Source of the DNA: Scyliorhinus canicula
Taxonomy: Eukaryota
DNA length: 64,000 nt
Assembly: GCF_902713615.1 (NCBI RefSeq)
Contig: NC_052162.1
Coordinates: 38,129,990-38,193,989 of the forward strand
Direction of reading: 5' to 3'
Part shown: one piece after another, positions 12,861-24,882 of the stretch
Position numbering within the stretch: the stretch's first letter is position 1
Layout of the letters: each line of letters opens with the position of its first letter
Program-made: the position numbers and the translations under genes
The notes under the pieces: model-generated
Seen by the model: the letters and a program-made list of their open reading frames with translations, nothing else
What the model was told of the DNA's origin: nothing
The model's database searches: none

Positions 12861-12862
12861 TT

Positions 12863-14344
12863 TTAAAAAACCTTCCCTTGGACCGTGACGTCCGCGATGC
12901 AGCAGCCGGTGATTCGGACGGAGTGCAAACCTGAGGCTAACCCAATTTTGTGTTTTACAGGATGGACAGGGAGTGCGCAGCGTTTTACCGTGGTAGGGTG
13001 AACGAAGCTTTCCGTGCTCCCGGAGTCCGGCAGGCAGCCCATCTCGTGGCCATTGAGGTGGATCAGCGTCGTTGTTTTGGCGAGCGTGCGTGGCCGTGAC
13101 TGGTCGAGTTGAATGGCCGCAAGCCGTGGAGAAGAACCATCATCGTAGTTGTCGTCGGCCGAGTAGTTGCCAGCAGATCCTTGCGTGCCAGTCCAGGATG
13201 GTGGTGCCCAGGATCCGCACGTGGAGTTGGGGTCCCAAGGTGGCGGCGCCCAGGACCCGCACGTGGAATCGGGGCCCCAAGATGGCGGCGCCCAGGACCT
13301 GTACGTGGAGTCGGGGCCCCAAGATGGTGGCGCCCAGGACCCGCACGTGGCGTCCGGGGCCCAAGATGGCGGCGCCCGCGGGGCCCTCGTGGTTGCTGGG
13401 GGCGGGGGCGGGGTTAGCGGTACCGGCGGGCCGATCGGAGCGGCTGAGAGCGGGGGCAGAGAGGCGCGCAGGCCAGACGCAGGGGCCCGGGGGCGGCGAG
13501 GAGAGATTTGCGCGGTGCGCTGAAGGGGCCCGGAAGGGCCCGGAGGGGGGGATCCCCGGTCGCTGCGCGGTACAGCTGCGACCGATTTGGCCTGGCAGAC
13601 GGATGAAAAGTGTCCCTTCTTCCGGCAGCTCTTACAGAGGGCGGAGCGGGCCGGGCAGCGCGGGCAAGGGTGTTTAGCGAACCCACAGAAATAGCAGCGG
13701 AGCCCCACGGACTTGTCGGGGCGTCCCGCGGCGCAGGCCTGAGGGGGGTCGGGAGCAGCGGATGGCGGTGGGGAAGCATGCCAGGAGGCCCAGGGTGCTG
13801 CAGCGCGGCTGGGGACATAGGCGCAGGTGTTTAAATCGGCGACATCCAGGGAGGTGGAGAGAGTCCGTGCCTCAGTTAGGCTGAGGTCGTCCTTCTCCAG
13901 CATCCGTTGGCGGATAGCGGCAGACTGCATCCCAGCCACATAAGCATCTCTAATCAGAGGTTCCATGTGCTCCGTGGCTGAAACTTGGAGGCAGGAGGAA
14001 TTCCTCCCCAGGACAGCGAGGGCCTGGTAAAAATCGTCTAATGACTCACCGGAGAGCTGTTGTCTGGTAGCCAGCAGATGTCGGGCGAATACTCTGTTTA
14101 CCGGTTTAAGAAACTGTCCATTCAGCTTAAGCATGGCTGCGTCATAATCTTTTTCCTCCGCAATCATCGCGTAGGCCGCCATGCCCACGCTGGAGTGGAG
14201 GATGTGAAGCTTCTGTGCCATGGTGGGGGGGGGTGCTGTTTGCGGACAGGTATCCATCGAAACATGCCAGCCAATTTCTGAAGCGTTCTGAGTTTGCGGG
14301 CTGATGCGGAGGCATTCGGGCTTGATCCGGAGCTCCATCTTCAA
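12863..14344 (-). pseudogene. gag: Gypsy gag plus aspartic protease
   Basis: 493-aa ORF; double zinc knuckle CYFCGFAKH...CKSCRKKGHFSSVC; protease DSG (PDSGS); premature TAA at 12863. Confidence 0.92.
13193..13377. repeat. 42-bp in-frame tandem repeat (about 4.4 copies) in the gag-protease linker
   Basis: Unit CCAAGATGGCGGCGCCCAGGACCCGCACGTGGAATCGGGGCC, encoding APPSWGPDSTCGSW. Confidence 0.9.
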
Positions 14345-14362
14345 AATTCTAGCTTATTAAAT

Positions 14363-14648
14363 TGATGAACCATCAATCGAACGTGAGACGAGTTGCTGTA
14401 CAAAAGTTAGGCTTTAATAAGCTAGAAGTTAGCCCTGCGGTCGACTACAGTAAATGGACGACCGCCGGGCGTTCTGGGTATTTATACCTCGCTCTGGAGG
14501 CGGGGTTAACTCAGCCTCTCGACCAATCGGGGAGCTGTCACATGACTGGTCTCAACCAATCGGTCGAGAGGCACATGACCGACCAGGGCCAATGGTAAGC
14601 CAGTGTTCTGCACCAATGGCAGACAGCTATGCAAATCATACCACCACA
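14363..14648 (-). repeat. 5' LTR of the Gypsy element
   Basis: Direct repeat of 9840-10125; adjacent to the gag start. Confidence 0.97.
14413..14620 (-). promoter_or_regulatory. LTR promoter and poly(A) signals
   Basis: TATAAATA at 14486-14479; Inr-like CCATTT with A at 14455; GC box; four CCAAT boxes; GTCACATGAC palindromic E-box; ATTAAA at 14418-14413. Confidence 0.6.
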
Positions 14649-16339
14649 CCATCACAGCTTCCGATTGTCAGGTCGATAGCATGTGTTTCATTCCTTTTTA
14701 CTTCATAGCAGTTTGATACAACTGAGTGGCTTGCTAAGCCATTTTATCGTTACCGAGATGAGCTTTTAGTTGCAGATTTATTAATTGAATTTAAATTACA
14801 TTAGCTTCCATGGTGAGATTTGACCCCATGCCCCCAGAACATTAACCGGGGACTCTGGGCTGCTAGCCCAATGACATTATTGCTGCACCCCACCACCTCT
14901 CCCTAAAGGTGTTGGGTTTCTTTTTTCTTGAGAAGAAGAGGCTGAGGGGTTGGCTAATAAAGATCTTTAAAACTTTGATTTTGATAAAGTATAGACATAG
15001 AGACTCATACTTGTGTCAAATTGGAACTAATTAGTGGATCTTTAAAAATGGCAGGCATTGCCCAGGTGTGGATGTCTGACCCTCATTTCTGACAGATCCA
15101 ATTTTTGCTAGCAGTTGGAGGGGCAGGATGTAATTCACAAAGGCGGAAAACTAAACTCAACAGGGCCATTTGAACTTTGTGCTGAGTTCAAACGGACACC
15201 ATTTAGGGTTTCCAAGGGACAGCTTAATATTTCAGGTATCTGACACATTAGCCGAAAGCTTCATTGTGACGACAAATTGTTGCTTTTGTGTGTTTGGTTA
15301 TAAAAACAATTACAGTCATAACTTCCCACTAGTGGCGGAAACTCATTGCCCGCCGAAATTACAAGAGTTTAAAGTGCACTTAACTGCTTTGGGAAACTCC
15401 ATTCAAACCTCCAGTGGCTGGAGCTGCTGGGGATCTGCAGAAAAAGAGACCCCGGCGGCCAATGCAACTCCAGCAAACTCAGGGAGGTCGTCCCCTTTTA
15501 ACTACACTAACTGCCGGGAAGCAGATAGCTTTAAAGGCTCCAGTGAAATTGGCAGGCCAGGGAGAAGGTAAGTGAATGGGACTTGGCTGGTCAGGATGAT
15601 TGTGTCAGTAGGGTGAGGGGTGCAGGGCTTAGGTGGGGAGGGGGAGGGACATCAGGGAGCAAGGAGTTGGACATTCACAGGGAGGGGGTGGGTGCTGCTC
15701 TGGTTGCAGTTTTGAGTCAAAGGGGGAGTTCGAGAATACTGTGTGGGTGGATAATACTGTGGTGGGGTGGGCTGTCTAGTTGGTGGAGAGGTTCCTTGTG
15801 AGGTCAGGGGTGCGGGTGATGTCCCGTGCGGAGCTCGGTCTGTGAGTTTATTATAGTTACGCTGAAGTTAGAAATGCTTTTATTTCTCCATTGCAGAGTA
15901 ACAATGAGTGTAAAACTGGCAGAATCATCCAAAGTCAGCGATTTAAATCACTTTGTCGGTTGGTTTCCGGCCCAGAGCAATTGCTCAGGGTTAGTCAGCC
16001 CTTCGGGACAATCGTGGGGTAAACCCTCACCTGTGAAGTTCCGAGAGATTCCCCAGCGCATCTTCAGTCTACCCGCTAAATCCGACACTAGGAGCCAATG
16101 AAAGTAATGCGAGAGAATGCTGGCTTTCATTTCATCAGTGTCAGCATTAAGCTCCCTCTACTGCAAAGCCAACAATTTACTTCAGTCTCAAATGTCGAAA
16201 CACTACACTCTATTGCCCCAGAATGACATCCCATTTCTCAAATCAATCGTCCTGCAATCTATCTGAGCGCAGTCACCCATTTACGAATTTTCTGATACAA
16301 CATTTCAGATGTTAGGCATGACAAGGTGCTATATGAATG

Positions 16340-16973
16340 CAATTTTATTTTTCCTTCCAGCCGCAAATACTCATTACACGCCCCACACACACAAGGTCAT
16401 CATGGAGTGCCCATGCAGCTGATGGGTCGGGAGGGGAGGGGAGGAGGGGGCGGGGTTGGGGGGGTGAGGCCACCTATATGACCCATGGCGCCAGTTTTAA
16501 AGCAGGCTGTCAGCAGCATGCGCAACCGCATGTCTGCTGCGGTAATGGTGTTGTGTACCCATCCACAGTGACCCCAGAGCCCACCTCCCGGCCACCCCCC
16601 CTATACTCCCCTGGCCCTGGCAGAAGCTCCTCCGACCAGCGGCATGACTGTCGGCGAAGTGTGGCACTGTTGGACCCTCACTCTCTCTCTCAGCAGCCAC
16701 CATGCCAGGTTCACGATTTTTGAGAGCACACGTGGAGCGCGCCGTCGGGAACTCGGCCCATCGGAGGCGGAGAATCGCGGGTGTGCCCACTAATGATATG
16801 CAAATGTTGTTTAAAGTATGTGCGCTGTGAATCACATTGATGCCGTTTTGGAGGTGACAGAGCATTCACGATTTGGCGGCAAACCAGTGCCTGCTGCGAT
16901 TTGTGCATTGGAATCTATTATCCGCCCGATCGCACGCCTCGATTTCAGCGTTGGCTAATGGAGAATCCCGCCC
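16340..16973. mobile_element. Truncated GC-rich MITE
   Basis: Right TIR GGAGAATCCCGCCC followed by ATT; body similar to 6200-6883. Confidence 0.7.
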
Positions 16974-16974
16974 A

Positions 16975-18460
16975 TTAGAAATGGCACCATTAGAGCCAGT
17001 AAAGTTAACTTTCTTCTCACCAGTCAATTTGAACCCAGCTCACAAAGGTGACAAGCAGGAGTCTCACTCAGTGGTGTATATTGCATTATTTTTACCCATA
17101 TTTCACGAAAGATTTCTCCTTCAAATGAATGCAAAAGTAAAGGTTTGTTTCCTTGGGAAGTGTCAGCAGTTGCATTGAATTTGTATTCAGAACAGTCCAA
17201 CAGTTGTTTCAGAAGAACATTTTGCACTTTGTTGGTCTTTTCAAGATACAGTTCTCTCAAGCATGGATAAATGAGAGCAAATTACAAAGCCATAACCTAA
17301 TCAAAGGGTTCAGAAGACAAAAACCTCAAGCTCAAAGGATTCTTAACACTTAATGTGAGATTAGATTGCAGTCTTTTATTCATTCCCCACTAACTGTACA
17401 ATATTAACCCTCATTCTGCCAGCATACCGATGAAAACTGCAGTCTCTCGGAGTTAACTGGCTCTGTAAGTTACTGATTATAATACTGAAAATAGCTTATT
17501 ACAGCTAATTTACACTGACACTTAAGTTTCAACATAGGCGACATGGATTGAATGTCCTCCTTACGTGCTGTACCATTCCATCTGAATTATTGTAAATAAA
17601 AATATTCAGGCTTTGCCAGTGCCTGCCCCTTGTCCTAAGCTTGCCATTGCAACCTTTAATTGATCTTCTTAGAACAAATTTTGCTTTATCAACCATTTAC
17701 GCATACATTATTTTTCACCTTCCTCTCTGATCACGCTGTCCATGTTGAAGGCCAGTTTGTTGGATAATTACTTTCGATAAATGTGATCTACCAGAACGGG
17801 AAGGTTTAATTGGGGCAACAGTAGAATTTGATGCAATTTGTGACTGTAATAGTGTCAGTGCTATGATTGGTATTTATATCATTGTAACTGTGAAATTTTA
17901 ACTTTCATTTAATAAACAGAATAATGTTGCTTGAAACCATACTGTTTTGAAATAACTAATTGATGTCTAAGACAGTTGGCCAGACAGTGTTATGTAGGAG
18001 TGATGTCTGCAGGAACAGTGTGCAAATGCAAAAAATATATTTTTTACGCTGAGTTGTATGGGGGCAAGAGGACAATTCATGTTTTCCTGACTCGATACAA
18101 ATGTTATGGCCTGCTGTTTTGCACTTAGTGCCGACCTCTGAAGAAACCTCTGACCCCCACACCCCCAGTTTAGGCTTCATTTCCAACTGGGCTTTCACTG
18201 GGGAGGCAGCAGACTGTCGTTTCTCATCACCTCCTGCCTTCCCCTCAACCCTCATCCGCTCCCTCCAGAAACTGCTAAGCATAGAAAGCTTGCCTAAAAT
18301 ATTTAGATTATGGTCAGGCCTCAAAGTGGTTCAGGCTACTCAGTGGAATCATCGAGCAAACACTCCACATGCACTCAAGTTGAAAATCACTGCTATTCAA
18401 TGTGGAATTGAACTTCAGATCTAATTCCAGATCAGCTCATTGTAGTTGGGCACCTTCAGT
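16975..18460 (-). pseudogene. Fossil coding region, unidentified
   Basis: ORFs 17956-18324 (122 aa) and 17024-17260 (LRELYLEKTNKVQNVLLKQLL...PACHLCE), extendable through sparse stops; no TE motifs recognised. Confidence 0.45.
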
Positions 18461-18734
18461 GGAGTTCTGTTCAAATCCTTAATTTGTCAAGCTCTTCTTG
18501 TATTTCCCAAGCTGTTTCCCACAGAACCAACTGCTACCCTTAGCCTGGTACCATCCACAAATGTAACAATTCTGGAGGGAGACTTTGAATCAAAGCCATT
18601 GTGTAAATTATAAAACAGAAATGGTTCAAGCACTGAACCCAACAGCACCAAGAGCCAATCATACCAACTGGACATTAAACTTATATTTTAGTTAGTTTAT
18701 TTTTTGCTATATTAGGTGATTCCTTTATCCATCA

Positions 18735-19097
18735 GTTATGAGGGGCACAGACAGAGTGGATAGTCAGAGGCTTTAGAACTCCCAGCGTAGAGAGGTCAAT
18801 TACTAGGGAGCATAGGTTTAAGGTACGAGGGGCACTGTTTAGAGGAGATGTACGAGGCAAGGTTTTTTAAAAAAAGGGTAGTGGCTGCCTGGAACTCGCT
18901 GCCGGAGGAGGTGGTGGAAGGAGGGACGATAGTGATGTTCAAGGGGTGTCTTGACAAATACATGAATAGGATGGGAATAGAGGGATACGAACCCTGGAAG
19001 TATAGAAGATTTTAGTTTAGACGGGCAGCATGGTCGACGCAGGCTTGGAGGACCGAAGGGCCTGTTCCTGTGCTGTACTTTTCTTTGTTCTTTGTTC
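18735..19097 (+). mobile_element. 3' end of a CR1 (HER1-like) LINE
   Basis: TRGH.FK..., W.SLP..VV, GGGCCTGTTCCTGTGCTGTA followed by (TTTGTTC)n tail. Confidence 0.85.
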
Positions 19098-19099
19098 AC

Positions 19100-19830
19100 T
19101 GTTTTTTGACATCCAGAGTTGATATCATTTCTATTTTACAGGCGAACAGCTGAGAATAATACAAAATGAGATTCACAGCAGATAATCAAAATAGTTTGTG
19201 ATGCAAACACTAAAGTTTTGCCAAGGGCATTGGGTCCACGGGGAAATTCATGGTCCGCATAGACAAAACAGAAATCTACGCTGTTGAACAAAAAGGATTA
19301 AAATTGCTGGAATTCTGATATCCGCGTTATTACAGACCAGCCTAGGGTCTGCGCTACATGGAAAGAAATCCAAACTTTATTCTTCTGCCTTGTTCAAAAA
19401 AATTGACTTCCTGCTGAACCAAGAAAGGTGGCTGTTACAAGTGACATGATCACAGGACTGGCCCTTTGCTCTGGGAACTGCTATCGGGAGTTACAAGAAC
19501 TAAATAATTCCTATCTCAGTCTGTGGAATCTCACACCTCATTCTACTAACACCATGCAATCAGCAAAGGCAGAGGAAGTGCAGGGAAACTATTTTTCCAA
19601 CCTGAGCTATCACAAAAGGGAGAGATCAAAATTCGTTACATCTGCAGAACTGTTAACAAGCTAATTTCAAAGAAGAACCATTGAGGGAACACTGGAATTC
19701 TGGCCAGAAGCCCAGAAACTTATTGTCAAGCTGCAATTAACCATTAATGGACCATGTCACATGATCAAAGCCTCTGGCCTTTTGGACAGTTTAAACATGG
19801 TTTGGCCTCACAGACAGACAGACTGCTTTT
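19100..19830 (+). pseudogene. Fossil coding region, unidentified
   Basis: GKFMVRIDKTEIYAVEQKGLKLLEF; ORF 19428-19664 continues past one stop as TIEGTLEFWPEAQKLIVKLQLTINGPCH. Confidence 0.35.
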
Positions 19831-21079
19831 TAACATCAGTTCTACGTGAAGTTTTTTCTTAGAGAAATTAACCAAAGAACAGGCTACTCTTGACTGAGTG
19901 CTGTGCAATGAGAAAGTATTAATTAACAATCTTGTTGTGTGGGCTCCCTTGGGAAGAGTGACCATAATATTACAGAATTCTTCATGACGATGGAGAGTGG
20001 AAGAGTCAAATCTGAAACTAGGGTCCTGAATCTAAATAAAAGGAACTGCAATGTTATGAGGCGTGGATTGGTGACGATAGATTGGGGAAACTTACTGAAG
20101 AGATTGACGGTGGATGGGTAATGATTTATATTTTAAATACGTGTGCCTGAATTATAGCTATTATTCATTCCTGTCCTGGCACAGAAATAAAAGAGGAAAT
20201 GTCTCTCAACCATGACTTACAAAATAAATTGGAGATAATATTAAATTCAAAGAGGAGACATATAAAATTGCCGGAAAAAGCATCAAAACTAAAGATTTGA
20301 CAAAAGAGGACAGAAAATTTGATCAAGAGCAGGAATATCGAATAGAAGAGTAAAATTGCAGGGATCATAGAAATTGATGGTCAAAGCTTTTAGAAACAGG
20401 TGAAGAAAAAATATTAGTAAAGACAAAGGTCCCTTACAGCCGGGAAACAAAGAAATGGCAGAAGAATTGAACACATACTTTGGTTCTGTCTTCACAAAAG
20501 GGGGCACAAATAACCTCCCAGTAATGTTAGGGAACCAGTATTGAAGGAAATCAGTAAATCAGTAGGAGTAAGAAAATAGTGATGCGTAAATTAATGGGGT
20601 TAAAGGCTGATAATCTACATTTCAGAGCATTAAATAAAGTGACCAAGATGCATTGGTAGCCATCTTCCAAAATTCTATAGACTCTGGAGCAGTTCCTCCA
20701 GATTAGAGGATGGAAATGTAACCCCACTTTTTAAAAAAAGGAGAGAAAAATGGGAGAATTGCAGATCAGTTTGTCTGACATCAGTAATGGGGAAGATGCT
20801 TGAGTTGATTATTAAAGATGTGATAACAGAACATTTGGAAAGCATTAATGGAATTGGACAAAGCCAGTAATGGGTTTATGAAAGGCAAATCGTGCTTAAC
20901 AAATCTACTTTAGTTATTTTCGGATTGAAGTAGTAGAATAGGCAATGGAAAACCAGTTGATGTGGTGTATTTGGACTTTCAGAAGACTTTTGATAAGGAT
21001 CCTCAAAAGAAGTTAGTGGGTAAAATGAAAGCACATTGGATAGGGAGTAATGTATTGGCATGGATCGAGAACTGGTTGT

Positions 21080-21411
21080 TCATAGAATCATTACAGTGTA
21101 GAAGGAGACCATTCAGCCCATCGTGTCTGCACCAACTCCCTGAAAGAACACCTTACTTAGGCCTATGCCCCACCCCCATAAGCCAGTAACCCCAACTAAC
21201 CTTTTGGACACGAAGGGGCAATTTAGCATGGCCAAGCCACCTAACCTGCACATATTTGGTTTGTGGGAGAAACCGGAGCATCCGGAGGAAACCCACGCAG
21301 ACATGGGAGAAGGTACAAACTCCACACAGACAGTTACTCAAGATGGGAATTGAACCCGGGTCCCTGGCGCTGTGAGGCAGCAGTGCTAACCACTGTGCCA
21401 ATGTGCCACCC
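21080..21411 (-). mobile_element. V-SINE
   Basis: Reverse-complement head, V-domain and CR1 tail. Confidence 0.9.
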
Positions 21412-21429
21412 TAAACAGACAGACAGGAA

Positions 21430-22025
21430 ACATTGAACACGATTTACCGGCCGCGTCCTGTCCCGATTCCAGTGGGACACGGCCGGTAGATCCCGGGAGA
21501 GGCCACTCTCCGGATTCCTGATGGTCATTACGCCTCATGATGTGGATCCCACCCACAATGGGCAGGACGGACTCACATAGATAAAAGAGCTTAAAAGCGC
21601 ATTTAACTATGCTGCTGCTGGATAAAACCGGCACCCGGCATCGATCAGCCTCGCCGAGGAGACCCCCGCCGGGCGCCATTTAGCAATGGTTCCCACAAGC
21701 TGCAACCAGGTGAAATGGCACTTGGCGAGGGGGTCTCCCAGGTAATCGGAGGCCCCCGGATGTTCGGCCTCTGGCCAGGCTGACACTTTGGCACTGCTAG
21801 CCCGGCATCCTGGCTGTGCCAAAGTGCCCATGTGACACTACAGTCTGGCAGGGGAGCTGGGCGCCACGTTGGCAGTGCAGAGGTGCCAGGCTGCCCGTTT
21901 GCCCATGCCGGGGATTGGGCCCGAATGTCCCCTGTCGGAATGCAATGGAGTGAGGAGGGGGCCTCATTCGATAGCAGGGTCAAAAGCACCAGGAGTGACC
22001 CCATTACTGCCGCCCAGAACAGACT
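21430..22025. mobile_element. GC-rich non-autonomous DNA element fragment
   Basis: Similar in reverse orientation to 31625-32170 (TGGCA/TGCCA-rich core). Confidence 0.55.
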
Positions 22026-22229
22026 CTTGTTTTTTCAGTTACATTGTGTCAGGAGAGTGGGAATAAATGGGTCCTTTTCAAAGTGGCAGGCAGCGGCTAG
22101 TGATGTACTGCAGGGATCAGTGCTTGGGCCCCAGCTGTTCACGATACATATACGATTATATTAAATGGTGGGGCAGGTCCGAATGGCATGCTCCTGCTCC
22201 TGGTGCCCATGTCTCTGTAACTCAGTTAC

Positions 22230-22640
22230 ACATAACCTTTCACACGAGGAAAGTTATTGCAAGCCATGTGATTACATTGTAAAACCGAGATGGAAGAGGA
22301 AAGTGCAGAGAAGCTCACAACGCATCTTGTGTGTAAGAATTGGATTCAAGAGTAATTCGCCTATCCTTTTCCTTCATCCTCAATGATTTCTCAGATGGCT
22401 TGGAGGCAGTTGCAGCAGTGTATTACTCGTTACATCCACAGCAATAACCAAAGGCTGCATACTGCCCACTATAAAGTCAAGTTTATTAAAGTTGATGCGA
22501 GCATTTGGGACCTTTTTTGAGTTACCATGGAAATAAGCATGGCTGAGGGAGAACTTCACCTGAAAGATAATTGTATACAAACTGCTATCATCTACTGAGC
22601 AAAGTGACCTCTATTCGCCTCTCAAGTGAGGCTATAAAGA
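22230..22640 (+). pseudogene. Fossil coding region, unidentified
   Basis: CKTEMEEESAEKLTTHLVCKNWIQE*FAYPF...HYKVKFIKVDASIWDLF*VTMEISMAEGELHLKDNCIQ; most stops are TGA, compatible with CpG decay of CGA. Confidence 0.45.
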
Positions 22641-23339
22641 GGCAACCTTTTTTACAAGTCACACTTTTCAGATGAATTGCATATATATCACTCATACCTT
22701 TGTAGCGCAATTTTTACATTTTTTTCATCATTTATTTTAAGCATTATACCCAAGACGTAATTTATCACAGTCTGCATAGAATTGTAACTCTTAGGGCTGG
22801 TGGCTGGGAGAAAGGATGGTAGATGCAGTAAAGAAAGAGAGAGAGCAGGACATTCACACAAAAGAGGAAGAAATAAGGTAAGAGTGGAAAGAGAGGGTGA
22901 GGGATGAATGGTGCTGCTCCCATGCAGGTAGGCTGGTTCAAGAGTGTTCTCCCTGAGTCTATTACCATGTGACTCGATAAATCACACCGTGGGTGGTGTT
23001 CTTCACATTAACTCTTGCTTTGCTCAGCACCTTTACATTACAATAGCATGCACACAATATTACAACAACCCCCACCATCCCATTGCACCCTGACACCCCA
23101 ACCGGTTCATGAACAGACTTGACCCAACCTCACTACCCTACCTACATACACTCTAGCCCACACCACCTCCCACCCTTCCAAACCACCCATCTACCACGAG
23201 ACCCACCTGTGACCCTACCCACCTGCCACCTTACCAACCTATCGCCTTGCCCACTTACACACCTACAACCTTTTGCACCTGCCACCCTTAACTATTAATC
23301 TTGTAAACTAAAACACTGAAAATCTGATTAAATAACCAA

Positions 23340-23730
23340 GCTTTTCAGTGCGTTAGCGGACACTCACCAGGGCTATGAGGAAGAAGTTAGATTGAAGATC
23401 CGATCCATAAGGTGGGATTACAAATCCTGGCAGAAATGTGGAATTCCGACAAGACGTTACAAAGTAGGAAAACAGCATCAAACTGTCTACTGCTGGTCCT
23501 CAAAAGATTTGGACCAATGACTCCTTGCAGGCATATAGCTCCATGAATATAATGATTGGTCTAGCATCTTTCCCAAATGCTTTGGACAAGTTAATTAACA
23601 TTGAGGACCCCAATGGTGGGGTTTCATATAGGCTGGATAGCCTGGCCAGTTCTCAGTATTATAATGTGTTGAACCATTCGGGGAGCTACCCTTGAAGGCA
23701 AAACAATACAGAATTCCATATGAACATACA
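23340..23730 (-). pseudogene. Fossil coding region, unidentified
   Basis: ELARLSSLYETPPLGSSMLINLSKAFGKDARPIIIFMELYACKESLVQIF*GPAVDSLMLFSYF...; about 100 codons with one internal stop. Confidence 0.4.
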
Positions 23731-23734
23731 CATC

Positions 23735-24062
23735 TCGGTAGCACAGTGGTTAGCACTGCTGCTTCACAGCTCCAGCGACCTGGGTTCAATTCAGGCTACG
23801 GGTGACTGTGTGGAGTTTGTACTTTCACCCCGTGTCTACGTGGGTTTCCTCTGGGTGCACTGGTTTCCTCCCACGGTCCAAAGATGTGCAGGTTAGGCAC
23901 ACTGGCCATGATAAATTGCCTCTTCGTGTGCAAAATGTTAGGTGGGGTTACTAGGTTGTGGGGATAGTGTGGGATTAAGTAGGGTGCTCTTTCCAAGGGC
24001 CAGTGCAGACTTGATGGGCTGAATAGCCTCCTTCTGCTCTGTTAATTCTATGTTCTATGATC
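23735..24062 (+). mobile_element. V-SINE
   Basis: Head, V-domain and TTCTATG tail. Confidence 0.9.
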
Positions 24063-24188
24063 TCCCACTTTACTGGACATGGCAGAAACAAATGTTGATC
24101 ACTCCTTCACTCCTAAAAACAAAAGCAATTTGAAGCACCCGACTCCTGACCTTGACAGCAAATGAGGCCCAGGAAATTCTAACACATT

Positions 24189-24882
24189 GGGCGGGATTCT
24201 CCCTTACCCGTCCGGCGGGGAGGTCCCGGCGGGACGGAGTGGCGTGAACCACTCCGGCGTTGGGCTACCCCAAAGGTGCGGAATCCTCTGCACCTTCAGG
24301 GGCTATGCCCGCCCCGGAGCGATTTGTGCTCTGCCGGCCGGTGGGAAAGGGGCTTGGCGCCACGCCAGCCAGCGCCGAAGGGCCTCCGCCGGCCGGCGAG
24401 AGTCGGCGTATGCGCGGGAGCACCAGCGTGTGCTGCCACCAACCAAGGCTTCGCTTCCGCACCGGGAATGGCGGAGGACCACAGCCTCCAGTGCGGAAGG
24501 ATAGAGTGCCCCCACGGCACAGGCCCGCCCGCGGATCAGTGGGCCCCGATCGCGGGCCAGCTCACTGCGGGGGCACACCCCGGAGCCAGCTCCCGAAGAA
24601 CCCCGCTGGCCGCCAGGTCCTGCTGGTAAGGGACTTACTCTAATTTACGCCAGCAGGACTGGCAAAGAAGAGGCGGGAGTTCGGCACATCGCGGGCCTGA
24701 GAATTTGTAGAGCCCCGGGGCCCATTGAGTCGCGCCGGTCCCCGCCATTCTCTGAGACGGGCGGCGCAACTCACGCTGGGCCGATTTTTGGGGGGTGGGA
24801 GAATTTGGAGGACGGCGGGGGCGGGATTCACGCCGACCCCCGGCGATTCTCCGACTCGGCGGGGAGTTGGAGAATCTCGCCC
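24189..24882. mobile_element. Intact GC-rich TIR MITE (Harbinger-like)
   Basis: TIRs GGGCGGGATTCTCC...GGAGAATCTCGCCC; 3-bp TSD ATT at 24186-24188 and 24883-24885. Confidence 0.85.

Larger units (their letters stand above)
9840..14648 (-). mobile_element. Full-length Gypsy (Metaviridae) LTR retrotransposon, decayed
   Basis: Two 286-bp LTRs with TG...CA ends; 5-bp TSD CCATC (9835-9839, 14649-14653); order gag-PR-RT-RNaseH-IN. Confidence 0.97.
7372..14900 (-). mobile_element. Degraded CR1/L2-group LINE, interrupted by a solo LTR and the Gypsy element
   Basis: 3' tail at 7372-7900; APE endonuclease relic DFNVHHQEWLG...EPTRGKILLDLIL (ORF 9100-9453); sequence resumes at 14654 and ends in a tRNA-like head near 14800-14900. 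Confidence 0.8.
19850..22160 (+). mobile_element. Degraded CR1 ORF2, split by a V-SINE and a MITE
   Basis: LGKSDHN, KGKSCLTNLL, VYLDFQK.FDK, QGSVLGPQLFTI. Confidence 0.85.

Noticed and set aside
13072-13834. Long plus-strand ORFs overlapping gag
   Set aside because: Explained by high GC content and the 42-bp repeat
17609-17635. Walker A-like GQGAGTGKA on the minus strand
   Set aside because: No S/T after the Lys, wrong Gly spacing and no Walker B found; may be chance or decay
23060-23290. C/A-rich telomere-like tract
   Set aside because: Irregular low-complexity sequence, not (CCCTAA)n
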